Shown here in pieces: positions 56,311 through 64,000 of a DNA stretch of 64,000 bases. The notes below the pieces were generated by a model. The model had not been told where the DNA came from and made no database searches. It saw nothing but the letters and a program-made list of their open reading frames with translations. Source of the stretch: Myxococcota bacterium (GTDB taxonomy: Bacteria; Myxococcota_A; UBA796; CAJQPC01); contig JAZAMN010000020.1 in the NCBI GenBank assembly GCA_036229005.1, positions 224,001 to 288,000 on the forward strand, written 5' to 3'. Position numbers and translations under genes: made by a program. Each line of letters opens with the position of its first letter. Position 1 is the stretch's first letter.

Positions 56311-59169
56311 GTGAGCGAGCAAGACACCCACACCTTCGGGCCCTACCGGGCCATCGAGCGCATCTTCACCGACGAGGAGTCCGAGGGCTTCCGCGCGGTG
56401 CGGGAGGGCGCCCGCAGCGCCTGCCTGCTCAAGATCCTCACCCCCAAGCTGTCGGCGGATCCCAGCTTCGAGGACATCTTCCAGGACAGCATCGACCTGA
56501 GCCGGGCCGTGGACCTGCCCGGCGTGCTCCGGGTCGAAGACGCCGGCCAGCTCCAGGGCGTGCGCTACCTGGCCCTGAGCTGGGTCGAGGGCCGCTCCTT
56601 CCAGCAGCTCCAGGGGACCCTGGAGTCCCAGGGGATCACCCTGCCGCCGGAGCTCTCCACCTGGCTGGTGCTCCAGATCTGCGAGACCCTGGCCCACCTC
56701 CACGTGCTCCAGGGCCCCAAGGGGCAGGACCTGGGCATCGTGCACCACGACCTGGCCCCGGCCACCCTGACCGTCGGCTTCGACGGCCTGCCGCGCTTCT
56801 GCGATGCGCGCATGGTCCGCGCCGAGCACGTGGCCGACCCCGGCCGCAGCGCGGCGCGGGTGGGCAACCCCGCCTACTTCGCCCCCGAGCGGGTCAAGGG
56901 CGCGCCCCCCAGCGTCCAGTCCGACCTGTGGGCCATCGGTGTGCTGCTCTGGGAGCTGCTCACCGGGCGCCCCCTCTTCCGGGGCGGCAGCCGCGAGGAG
57001 GTGATGGCCGAGGTCCTCATCGCCCCCATCGCCTCCCCGCGCACCCACAACGACAGCATCGATCCCGCCCTCGCGGAGATCGTGATGCGCGCCCTGACCC
57101 GCGCCCCCGAGCGGCGCTTCCAGTCCGCGTCCTCCCTGGCCGGCGCCCTGCGCACCTGGCTGGATCAGAAGGACCCCAGCGGACTGCGGGCCGGCGTGGT
57201 CGGCATCCTGGACAACCTCTACGCCGAGGAGGCCCGCCGCGCCCGCGAGCTCGCCGCCCGGCTGGCCCCCGAGGCCATGGCGCCCGCTCCCCACGACGAG
57301 GAGCAGGAGACCGAGCGCAGCGGCTGGCTCCCCTGGACCCTGGCCGCCGTCTCCCTGCTCGCCCTGGGCGCCGTCGTCGTGCTCATCCTCAACAAGGGCG
57401 ACGACAGCGGGCCCCGGATCACCGACGCCCAGCCCCTGATCGACGAGCTCCAGCGCGAGCACCCCGGCGCCGCCCCCGAGCCCGGCCGCATCGACGAGGG
57501 CTGGGACCTGCTGATGGACGGGACCCTGTCCACCGACGAACAGGCCGCCGAACTCCTGGAGACCGCGCTCGCGGCCGACCCCGACGATCCGGCCGCAGCC
57601 GCCGGGCTGGCGCTGGCCTACGCCCGCCTCAGCCGGGAGCAGAGCGACCTCTCCCTGCGCTCCGTCGAGCTGCTCTCCCGCTCCCAGAAGCTCTCCCCCG
57701 CCACCCCCGAGCTCCTGCGCGCCGAGGCCGGCATCGCCCTGGCCGCCGACAACCACGCCGGCGCCACCGAGCGCGCCCGGAGCTGCCTGCAGCAGCTCCC
57801 CCAGGACCCCTTCTGCACGGGCGTCCAGGGCCTCGCGCTGCTGGCCCAGGGCCGCGGCACCGACGCCTTCCCGCTGCTCCAGTCCGCCGCCCAGGCCCTC
57901 CCCAGCGCCGACGGCCTCCAGCGCGCCACCGGACAGGCCGCCCTGGACAGCGGCGACCTCTTGGCCGCCCAGACCGCCCTCAGTGAGGCCGCCAGGCGCC
58001 AGCCCAAGGATCCCCAGGTCCACCTGGCCCTGGCCCGCCTCCACGCCAAGGCCGGCATGTGGCCCGAGCTGCTGGCCGACACCGAGGCCCTCCTCAAGCT
58101 CAACCGCCGCCACCCCGAGGCCCGCTACATCCAGGGCATGCTCCTGCTGCAGGTCCTCGACCAGCCCGAGCGCGCCGTCCAGCAGCTCGGCGGCCTGGCC
58201 GAGGACCCCGAGTGCCCCCCCGAGCTCCAGGTCCCCGCCCTCCGCGGCGCCGCCTTCGCCGCCCTCGCCACCGGCCGCGCCGCCGAGGCCGAGCGCCACG
58301 CCCAGCGCGCCCTGGAGGCCCAGTCCGGGGACCCCGTGGCCGCCCTGGCGCTCGCCTACGCCCTGCGCGCCCAGCAGCGCCTCGCCGATGCCGACCTGGC
58401 CATCGCCGATGCCCAACCGGAGCGGGTGCCCCGCGGTGAGCAGGCCTGGTTCAACCTCCACGCCGGCCTCTTCTACCTGGAGGCCGACCGCCTGCCCCAG
58501 GCCAAGGCCCGCCTGAGCGAGTCCCTGCGCCTGGACCCCCAGCAGCTCCACGCCACCCTGGCCTTGGCCCTGCTCGAGGCCCGGATGCGCGAGCCCGGGC
58601 GCGCCATGGGCACCCTGCGCAGCAGCGCCGAGATCGACCTGAGCGTCGCCGCCGAGCAGCGCCCCAACCACGCCCTCCCCCTGCCCGAGCTCAGCGCCCT
58701 CCAGGCCAGCCTGATCGCCGCCATGCCCGAGAACCAGGGCGAGATCGAGGCCCTGCTCGGCGCGTGGATCTGCTGGCAGGACGGTCAGTGCGAGGGCACC
58801 CAGGCCGCGCTCCAGCCCTACGTCGGCCCCGCCCCCACCCAGGCCCCCTGGCGCCTGCTGAGCGCCCGCAGCCTCATCGCCCAGGGTCAGGAGGAGGAGG
58901 CTCTGGCCCTGCTTGAAGATGAGCTCCCCACCGCCAGGCTCCTGCGCGCCGACACCCTCGCTTCACTGGGTCGCACAGACGAGGCCATCCTGCTCCTGCG
59001 CGGTCTCCAGCTCTCCGGCCCCCAGGCCGCCGTCGCCCAGACCCGCCTCGCCCGCCTGTTGATGCCCACGGATCCCGGCGGCGCCCGGAAGGCCGCGCGC
59101 CAGGCGATGGCGGATGACTCGGACAATGTGGTGGCGGCGGGGCTGCTGTTGGAGACGGGGGAGCGCTAA
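56311..59169 (+). CDS. Ser/Thr kinase-like protein (probable pseudokinase) with TM and TPR region
   Basis: No Gly-rich loop; LLKIL; HHDLAPAT; CDARM in place of DFG; APE and SDLWAIG retained. Confidence 0.85.
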   Translation: MSEQDTHTFGPYRAIERIFTDEESEGFRAVREGARSACLLKILTPKLSADPSFEDIFQDSIDLSRAVDLPGVLRVEDAGQLQGVRYLALSWVEGRSFQQLQGTLESQGITLPPELSTWLVLQICETLAHLHVLQGPKGQDLGIVHHDLAPATLTVGFDGLPRFCDARMVRAEHVADPGRSAARVGNPAYFAPERVKGAPPSVQSDLWAIGVLLWELLTGRPLFRGGSREEVMAEVLIAPIASPRTHNDSIDPALAEIVMRALTRAPERRFQSASSLAGALRTWLDQKDPSGLRAGVVGILDNLYAEEARRARELAARLAPEAMAPAPHDEEQETERSGWLPWTLAAVSLLALGAVVVLILNKGDDSGPRITDAQPLIDELQREHPGAAPEPGRIDEGWDLLMDGTLSTDEQAAELLETALAADPDDPAAAAGLALAYARLSREQSDLSLRSVELLSRSQKLSPATPELLRAEAGIALAADNHAGATERARSCLQQLPQDPFCTGVQGLALLAQGRGTDAFPLLQSAAQALPSADGLQRATGQAALDSGDLLAAQTALSEAARRQPKDPQVHLALARLHAKAGMWPELLADTEALLKLNRRHPEARYIQGMLLLQVLDQPERAVQQLGGLAEDPECPPELQVPALRGAAFAALATGRAAEAERHAQRALEAQSGDPVAALALAYALRAQQRLADADLAIADAQPERVPRGEQAWFNLHAGLFYLEADRLPQAKARLSESLRLDPQQLHATLALALLEARMREPGRAMGTLRSSAEIDLSVAAEQRPNHALPLPELSALQASLIAAMPENQGEIEALLGAWICWQDGQCEGTQAALQPYVGPAPTQAPWRLLSARSLIAQGQEEEALALLEDELPTARLLRADTLASLGRTDEAILLLRGLQLSGPQAAVAQTRLARLLMPTDPGGARKAARQAMADDSDNVVAAGLLLETGER

Positions 59170-59182
59170 GCGGGCGGGTTCC

Positions 59183-59363
59183 GGGGGCCGGGTATCAGGT
59201 ATCAGGGGTCAGGTGTCAGGGGGCACTCGCGGCGACCGGAGACCGGCGACCGGCGACCGCCAATGACGGACATCCAGGCCCGATTGCTGGCGCCAGCCGA
59301 CTTGGTCGTGTGCTCAGGGAGGTCCTTCAACGACCGATACCCGATACCCGATACCTGATACCC
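59183..59363. repeat. Heptamer-based inverted-repeat element (same family as 8223-8520)
   Basis: GGGTATCAGGTATCAGG at 59190 is inverted to CCCGATACCTGATACCC ending 59363; internal GGCGACCGGAGACCGGCGACC. Confidence 0.65.
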
Positions 59364-59379
59364 GCCCTCCCACTTCCGC

Positions 59380-59666
59380 GGCTACGCCCTCCCAATGAGC
59401 GCCCCCCTCAGGCTACGCCCTCCCAACGAGCGCTTCCCCGAGGCTACGGCCCACCAGTGAGCGATTCACTCACCGATCTGGCCCCGAAGACCCCGTTTCT
59501 TCCCGAAAACCCACCAGAATCGGCCATTCAGCCCCGATTCGGTCGCCAAATCGCTCACCGAGCACCCGTAGCCTCAGCAAGGCGCTCACTCAGTGGGCGT
59601 AGCCACCCCACCCCGCTCACTCAGACCGCGTAGCCACCCCACCCCGCGCACTCAGCAGGCGTAGCC
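59380..59666. repeat. 287-bp element, copy 2 (core inverted relative to copy 1)
   Basis: GGCTAC at 59380, 59411, 59442; GTAGCC at 59568, 59599, 59630, 59661. Confidence 0.85.
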
Positions 59667-59680
59667 CCCAGCTCCCGGCC

Positions 59681-60496
59681 TCAAAAGCACCAATCGTTCT
59701 CGCGCCCCGGGTTCCCCACGTCCCCGTTCGTGAGCCAGCCGTACTGCTCGCACCAGTCGCTGCCGTCGTCGTTGCCGGAGACCGTCGCGTCGGCGGGGTC
59801 GATGCCCAGGGAGTTGCCCACCGCCGAGAAGCCCTCCTCGTAGCTCATCTTGTCCAGCACCTTGCCGCTGGGGCTGAGCAGGATGACCTCGTCTTCGGTG
59901 TTCGAGAGCCCAAAGCCCCCGCCAAAGGTCTGGTACAGGAAGGTTCCCTGGCAGGTCACGCCGCCGTTGTCCCAGGTCGAGTCGTTCGCGCAGATCACCA
60001 GGTAGTCGTCCGGTCCGACCACCAGGCTGCCCTTGGACACCGCGTCGATCACGTAGTCATCGACCCCCTCGTCCGCGAGACGGTGCCCCGACACGTCCAG
60101 CCAGTCCGTCGAGCTGTTGTAGAGCTCCACCCACTCGCCGTCCCCGTCGTCCGCGCCGTCCGGGTTGACCAGCAGCTCGTTGATCACCAGGTCGCCCTTG
60201 GCCGGGTCCCGCGGGTTGCTCTCCGAGTCGCCCGGATCCGAGTCCGCGTCCGAGTCGCTGTCCGAGTCCGCGTCGCTGTCGGCGTCCGAGTCCGCGTCGC
60301 TGTCGGCATCCGAATCCGCATCCGAGTCGGCGTCCGTGTCCGAGTCCGCGTCGGCGTCCGTGTCCGCGTCCGACTCCCCGGTGTCCTCGCTGCCCTCGCC
60401 TTGCCCAGGCCCCCAGCTCGGCAGCAGCCCGTCATCCCCCTCGTCGGAGAACAGCCCGGTCTCGATGCACGCCAGGGACAGAACGAGGAGGATCAT
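59681..60496 (-). CDS. Lamin-tail-domain lipoprotein with Asp-Ser/Ala/Thr dipeptide repeat linker
   Basis: MILLVLSLAC; DADSD repeats; LVINELLVNP...GEWVELYN; LSNTEDEV; GNPG. Confidence 0.85.
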   Translation of the reverse strand: MILLVLSLACIETGLFSDEGDDGLLPSWGPGQGEGSEDTGESDADTDADADSDTDADSDADSDADSDADSDADSDADSDSDSDADSDPGDSESNPRDPAKGDLVINELLVNPDGADDGDGEWVELYNSSTDWLDVSGHRLADEGVDDYVIDAVSKGSLVVGPDDYLVICANDSTWDNGGVTCQGTFLYQTFGGGFGLSNTEDEVILLSPSGKVLDKMSYEEGFSAVGNSLGIDPADATVSGNDDGSDWCEQYGWLTNGDVGNPGRENDWCF

Positions 60497-60597
60497 GGGC
60501 AGCTCCAGTGCCGGCAGGTTCACCGCCTGGAACCCTGGTGTCGAGCAACAACTCGACAACCTTCCCCGCCAGCGAGGTCACCCTTCCACCAACCCCC

Positions 60598-61572
60598 TCA
60601 GCGCATCAGCTCCCGCCAGCGCACCCGATTTCCCCAAACATGCCCCCACATCGCCCGCTCCCCCAGGGCCCACTCACCGCGGTCCTGGGCCCGCTTGCGC
60701 AGCGCGTCCGGCGCGCAGGCCACCCCCGCCGCCAGCCCCTTGAGCGCCGCCGGGATCGCCTCCGGGCCCACGCGCGCCGACCACCCCTTTCCTCGTGCGC
60801 GGGCGGCGGCCAACAGACCCAGGCGGGCCCCGGTCCAGAGCGGTAGGGTCAGGACCGCAGCAGCCGGCAGGCTGCGGAGCGCCACCCGGATCCGGTTCCG
60901 CTCCACCCAGAACACCTTCTCGGCGCCATAGCGGCCATGGCTCGCGCCCAGAGCGTGCTCGATCCGCGCCTGTGGCACGTAGCGCAGCGGGAAGCCCGCC
61001 CGCCGCGCGCGCAGCGACAGGTCCACGTCCTCCCCGAAGGCCACCAGGTCCGCGTCGAAGGCCCCCACCCGGGCGATCACCTCCCGGTGGATCAAAAAGG
61101 CCGCGCCACTGCAGGCCCCCACCTGTCCGGGCGCCTCGAAGGCCGGTCCGTCCGGCGCCTCGCGCCCCCGCGCCCAGTTGAAGCCATCCGGCCACAGCCC
61201 GTGCCCCGCGTTGTCCAGGCGCCCGCTGCCGTCGGCCAGCAGGATGCGCGGCTGGTAGAGCCCGGGCTCGGTGGCGGCGGCCAGCAGCGCCTCCACAAAG
61301 TCTGGCGCGGGCACCGTGTCGTCGTTGAGGACCAGGATCCATTTCCCCCGCGCCCGCTCGATCCCCGCGTTGGCGGCGGCCGCGAAGCGGGGGTTGGCCT
61401 GCAGGTCGAGCACCTCGCCGGCGGGCAGATCCCGCAGATCGGCCGTACCGGGCTCCGCGCTGACGACGGTGAGGAGCTCATCCTGTGGGCCAAGTTGCTC
61501 TTTCAACGCCGAGAGACAGCCGCGCAGCCAGTCGCCTCCCAGGTGGGTCACCACGACCACGGACAGGCGCAT
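60598..61572 (-). CDS. Glycosyltransferase family 2
   Basis: SVVVVT; FAAAANAG; LVLNDD; SGAAFL; EDVDLSLR. Confidence 0.88.
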   Translation of the reverse strand: MRLSVVVVTHLGGDWLRGCLSALKEQLGPQDELLTVVSAEPGTADLRDLPAGEVLDLQANPRFAAAANAGIERARGKWILVLNDDTVPAPDFVEALLAAATEPGLYQPRILLADGSGRLDNAGHGLWPDGFNWARGREAPDGPAFEAPGQVGACSGAAFLIHREVIARVGAFDADLVAFGEDVDLSLRARRAGFPLRYVPQARIEHALGASHGRYGAEKVFWVERNRIRVALRSLPAAAVLTLPLWTGARLGLLAAARARGKGWSARVGPEAIPAALKGLAAGVACAPDALRKRAQDRGEWALGERAMWGHVWGNRVRWRELMR

Positions 61573-62318
61573 CAGGGAACCTTGAAGAGGCTGGAGTCCA
61601 GCAGCCCCAGGCGCTGCAGGCGGAAGCGCAGGGCGGTCTCCAGGCAGGCGGCCCCGTAGCGCATGGCCGGCCGGAGCTGGATGGAGCTGGAGTCGGGGGC
61701 GTAGCGCGTGGGCACCGAGACCTCACCGATCCGGAACCCAAAGTGCACGGCCTGGGTCAACAGCTGCGCGTCGAACACGAAGTCATCGGCGTTGTCCTGC
61801 CAAGGGAGCTGCTCCAGCAGGGCCCGCGAGTAGGCGCGGTAGCCCGTGTGGGTCTCCGAGAGCTTCTTGCCCAGCAGCGCGTTCTGGGCCCCGGTGAGCA
61901 GGCGGTTCACGCCGTACTTCCACGGGGGCATGCCGCCGGCGAGCGCGCCGCCCCCCAGCATCCGGCTGCCCAGCACCAGCTCGTAGTGCCCCTGGGCGAT
62001 GGGCCAAGCCAGCGCCGGGAGCAGGCCGGGGGCGTACTGGTAGTCCGGGTGCAGCATCACCACGATGTCCGCGCCGTCCTCCAGGGCGAGCTGGTAGCAG
62101 CGCTTCTGGTTGGCCCCGTAGCCGCCGTTTTCGGGCTGCTCGAACACCACCTCCAGGCCCAGCTCCCGGGCGAGCTGCGCGGTGTCGTCCTGGCTGCCGT
62201 CGTCCACCAGGATGCGCGTGTCCACGACCCCCGGGGGGATCTCCTGGACGCAGCGGGTGAGCGTGCGGGCGGCGTTGTACGCGGGCAGCACCACGGCCAC
62301 CCGCTTTCCGTTGATCAT
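61572..62318 (-). CDS. Glycosyltransferase family 2 (DPM1-like)
   Basis: VVLPAYN; VDDGSQD; GYGANQK; HPDYQY; HTGYRAY. Confidence 0.9.
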   Translation of the reverse strand: MINGKRVAVVLPAYNAARTLTRCVQEIPPGVVDTRILVDDGSQDDTAQLARELGLEVVFEQPENGGYGANQKRCYQLALEDGADIVVMLHPDYQYAPGLLPALAWPIAQGHYELVLGSRMLGGGALAGGMPPWKYGVNRLLTGAQNALLGKKLSETHTGYRAYSRALLEQLPWQDNADDFVFDAQLLTQAVHFGFRIGEVSVPTRYAPDSSSIQLRPAMRYGAACLETALRFRLQRLGLLDSSLFKVP

Positions 62319-62350
62319 GCCCCCAGGGTATCCCGGTGTACCCTTCCCGG

Positions 62351-62902
62351 GTGGCACCCACCGACCCCGTCTCCCTGGACCCCACCCTCTCCCAGGGCCT
62401 CAGCACCCAGTCCTACGGCCCCGCGCCGCAGATCGACGGCCTGCGCATCCTCCCCCTGCGCGCCTTCCGCGACGACACCGGGTCCTTCGTCGAGCTCGGT
62501 CGCCTGGACCAGGTCGGCCGCCTGCTGGAGCTGCCAGACTTCCAGGTCCGCCAGATCAACCACAGCCTGATGCTGCCCGGCGCCATCAAGGCCTGGCACA
62601 TCCACCGCCTCCAGGACGACGTCTGGTTCGTCCCCGAGAACTCCCGCATCCTCTGCGCCTTCCGCGACCTGCGGGCCGGCAGCCCCACCCTGGGCGTCAC
62701 CGTCCGCAAGGTCCTGGGCGGCGGCGATCCCCTGCTCCTGCGCATCCCCGCCGGCGTCGCCCACGGCATGGCCAACCCCTTCGACGCCCCGGCCGCCCTG
62801 ATCTACCTCGTCGACCAGCACTTCAACGCCGAGTCCCCCGACGAGCACCGCCTGCCCTGGGACCACTGGGGCGCCGACATCTGGGAGCCCGAGCGGGGAT
62901 GA
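62351..62902 (+). CDS. rfbC: dTDP-4-dehydrorhamnose 3,5-epimerase family protein
   Basis: DDTGSFVE; QIN.S..PGAIKAWHIH..Q; DLRAGSPT; IPAGVAHG. Confidence 0.8.
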   Translation: MAPTDPVSLDPTLSQGLSTQSYGPAPQIDGLRILPLRAFRDDTGSFVELGRLDQVGRLLELPDFQVRQINHSLMLPGAIKAWHIHRLQDDVWFVPENSRILCAFRDLRAGSPTLGVTVRKVLGGGDPLLLRIPAGVAHGMANPFDAPAALIYLVDQHFNAESPDEHRLPWDHWGADIWEPERG

Positions 62903-63939
62903 AGGCCCTGATCCTGGCCGGAGGCAAGGGCAGCCGCCTGCGCCCTCTGACCGCCACCCGCTCCAAGCAGCTCCTCCCCGTCGCGGGCCGCCCCCTGCTC
63001 CACTACGCCGTCCAGGCCGTCCGCGACGCCGGCTGCCACGAGATCGGCGTCATCGTCGGCGACACCGGCCCCGAGATCCAGGCCGCCCTGGGCGACGGCA
63101 GCGCCTTTGGCGTCTCCATCACCCTGCTCCACCAACCCGAGCCCCTGGGCCTGGCCCACGCCCTGCTGGTCGCCGAGCCCTTCCTGGGCGCGCAGCCCTT
63201 CCTGATGTTCCTGGGCGACAACCTGCTCCAGGGCGCCATCGCCCCCTTCCTGCAGCGCCACGTCCGGGACGGAAACGCCGCCACCCTGCTGTTGGCCCGC
63301 GTCCCCGACCCCCAGCGCTTCGGCGTCGTCGAGGTCAGCGGCGAGCGCGTCACCCGCTTGGTCGAGAAGCCCCAAAACCCTGCTTCCGATTTGGCTTTGA
63401 CCGGGATCTACCTCCTGGACTCCCGCATCTTCTCCGCCGCCCGCGCCATCGCCCCCAGCCCCCGCGGCGAGCTGGAGATCACCGACGCCCTCCAGGTGCT
63501 CGTGGACCGCGGCGAGCCCGTCATCGGCCTGCCCGTCCAGGGCTGGTGGAAGGACACGGGGAAGCCAGAGGACCTGTTGGCCGCCAACCGCCTGCTGCTC
63601 CAACAACCCACCCCCGCAGCCCCCGCACACCCCGACATTCCCCCCACCAACGAGGACAGGCTGGGTGTGACCGTGCACCCTCCCTGCTGGCTCGGCCCCG
63701 GCGTTCACCTGGAGCGCTGCGAGCTCGGGCCTTTCGCCAGCATCGGCGCCGGCTGCAGCGTGGTGGACGCCCGCGTCTCCGACTCCATCGTCATGGACCA
63801 CGCCCGCCTGGAGTCCGTCCACCTGCAAGGCAGCCTGATCGGCCAGGGCGCCCGCGTGCGCGGCGCCGGCCCCGAGGGTCCCCCCGCCCGCCTGCACCTG
63901 GGCGACCAGAGCGTCGTGGAGCTGCCGTGCGGATCCTGA
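62899..63939 (+). CDS. rfbA: Glucose-1-phosphate thymidylyltransferase (long form)
   Basis: MKALILAGGKGSRLRP; KQLLPVA; PLGLAHA; LGDN; EKP; RGELEITDA; WKDTG. Confidence 0.9.
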   Translation: MKALILAGGKGSRLRPLTATRSKQLLPVAGRPLLHYAVQAVRDAGCHEIGVIVGDTGPEIQAALGDGSAFGVSITLLHQPEPLGLAHALLVAEPFLGAQPFLMFLGDNLLQGAIAPFLQRHVRDGNAATLLLARVPDPQRFGVVEVSGERVTRLVEKPQNPASDLALTGIYLLDSRIFSAARAIAPSPRGELEITDALQVLVDRGEPVIGLPVQGWWKDTGKPEDLLAANRLLLQQPTPAAPAHPDIPPTNEDRLGVTVHPPCWLGPGVHLERCELGPFASIGAGCSVVDARVSDSIVMDHARLESVHLQGSLIGQGARVRGAGPEGPPARLHLGDQSVVELPCGS

Positions 63940-64000
63940 TCACCGGCGGCAGCGGCTTCATCGGCGCCCACCTGGTGCGCCAGGTCCACGCGCGCTGGCC
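63927..64000 (+). CDS. rfbB: NAD-dependent epimerase/dehydratase (probable dTDP-glucose 4,6-dehydratase), 5' fragment
   Basis: GTG start MRILITGGSGFIGAHLV; follows rfbC and rfbA. Confidence 0.65.
   Translation, partial: MRILITGGSGFIGAHLVRQVHARW

Noticed and set aside
53098..58671. 1857-aa minus-strand ORF
   Set aside because: Antisense shadow of the two kinase genes; no motifs; typical high-GC artefact.

Overview
A 64 kb window of high-GC bacterial chromosome, most consistent with a Myxococcota-type lineage: it has MYXO-CTERM-like tails, TPR-bearing Ser/Thr kinases and many FG-GAP proteins and lipoproteins. About 52 genes are supported. Housekeeping and repair genes include hemN, grpE, mscS, mutS2, xseB, an XPB/Rad25 helicase with its partner, pruA and rfbC/rfbA/rfbB. 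There are also several secreted peptidases (S8, M13, M16, M66-like) and a MacAB-like ABC exporter. Accessory candidates are a Septu-like AAA-ATPase + HNH pair, a PD-(D/E)XK + PIN pair and an orphan PemK/MazF. I recognised no rRNA, tRNA, CRISPR array, transposase or integrase. Signals a plain annotation does not explain: (1) two diverged, oppositely oriented copies of a 287-bp element, with exactly 31-bp-phased motifs inverted around a 132-bp core; (2) window-wide ultra-short lipoprotein signal peptides lacking an n-region; (3) a TAnnnT hexamer 6-7 nt upstream of many start codons, suggesting leaderless mRNAs; (4) a thioredoxin-octaheme cytochrome fusion; (5) an RPH-like phosphotransferase followed by a non-RD kinase and a paralogous pseudokinase; (6) a membrane-anchored orphan GrpE; (7) a CTAG-flanked MITE; (8) a second, heptamer-based repeat family. 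All family calls come from recognising motifs by eye; no database searches were run.
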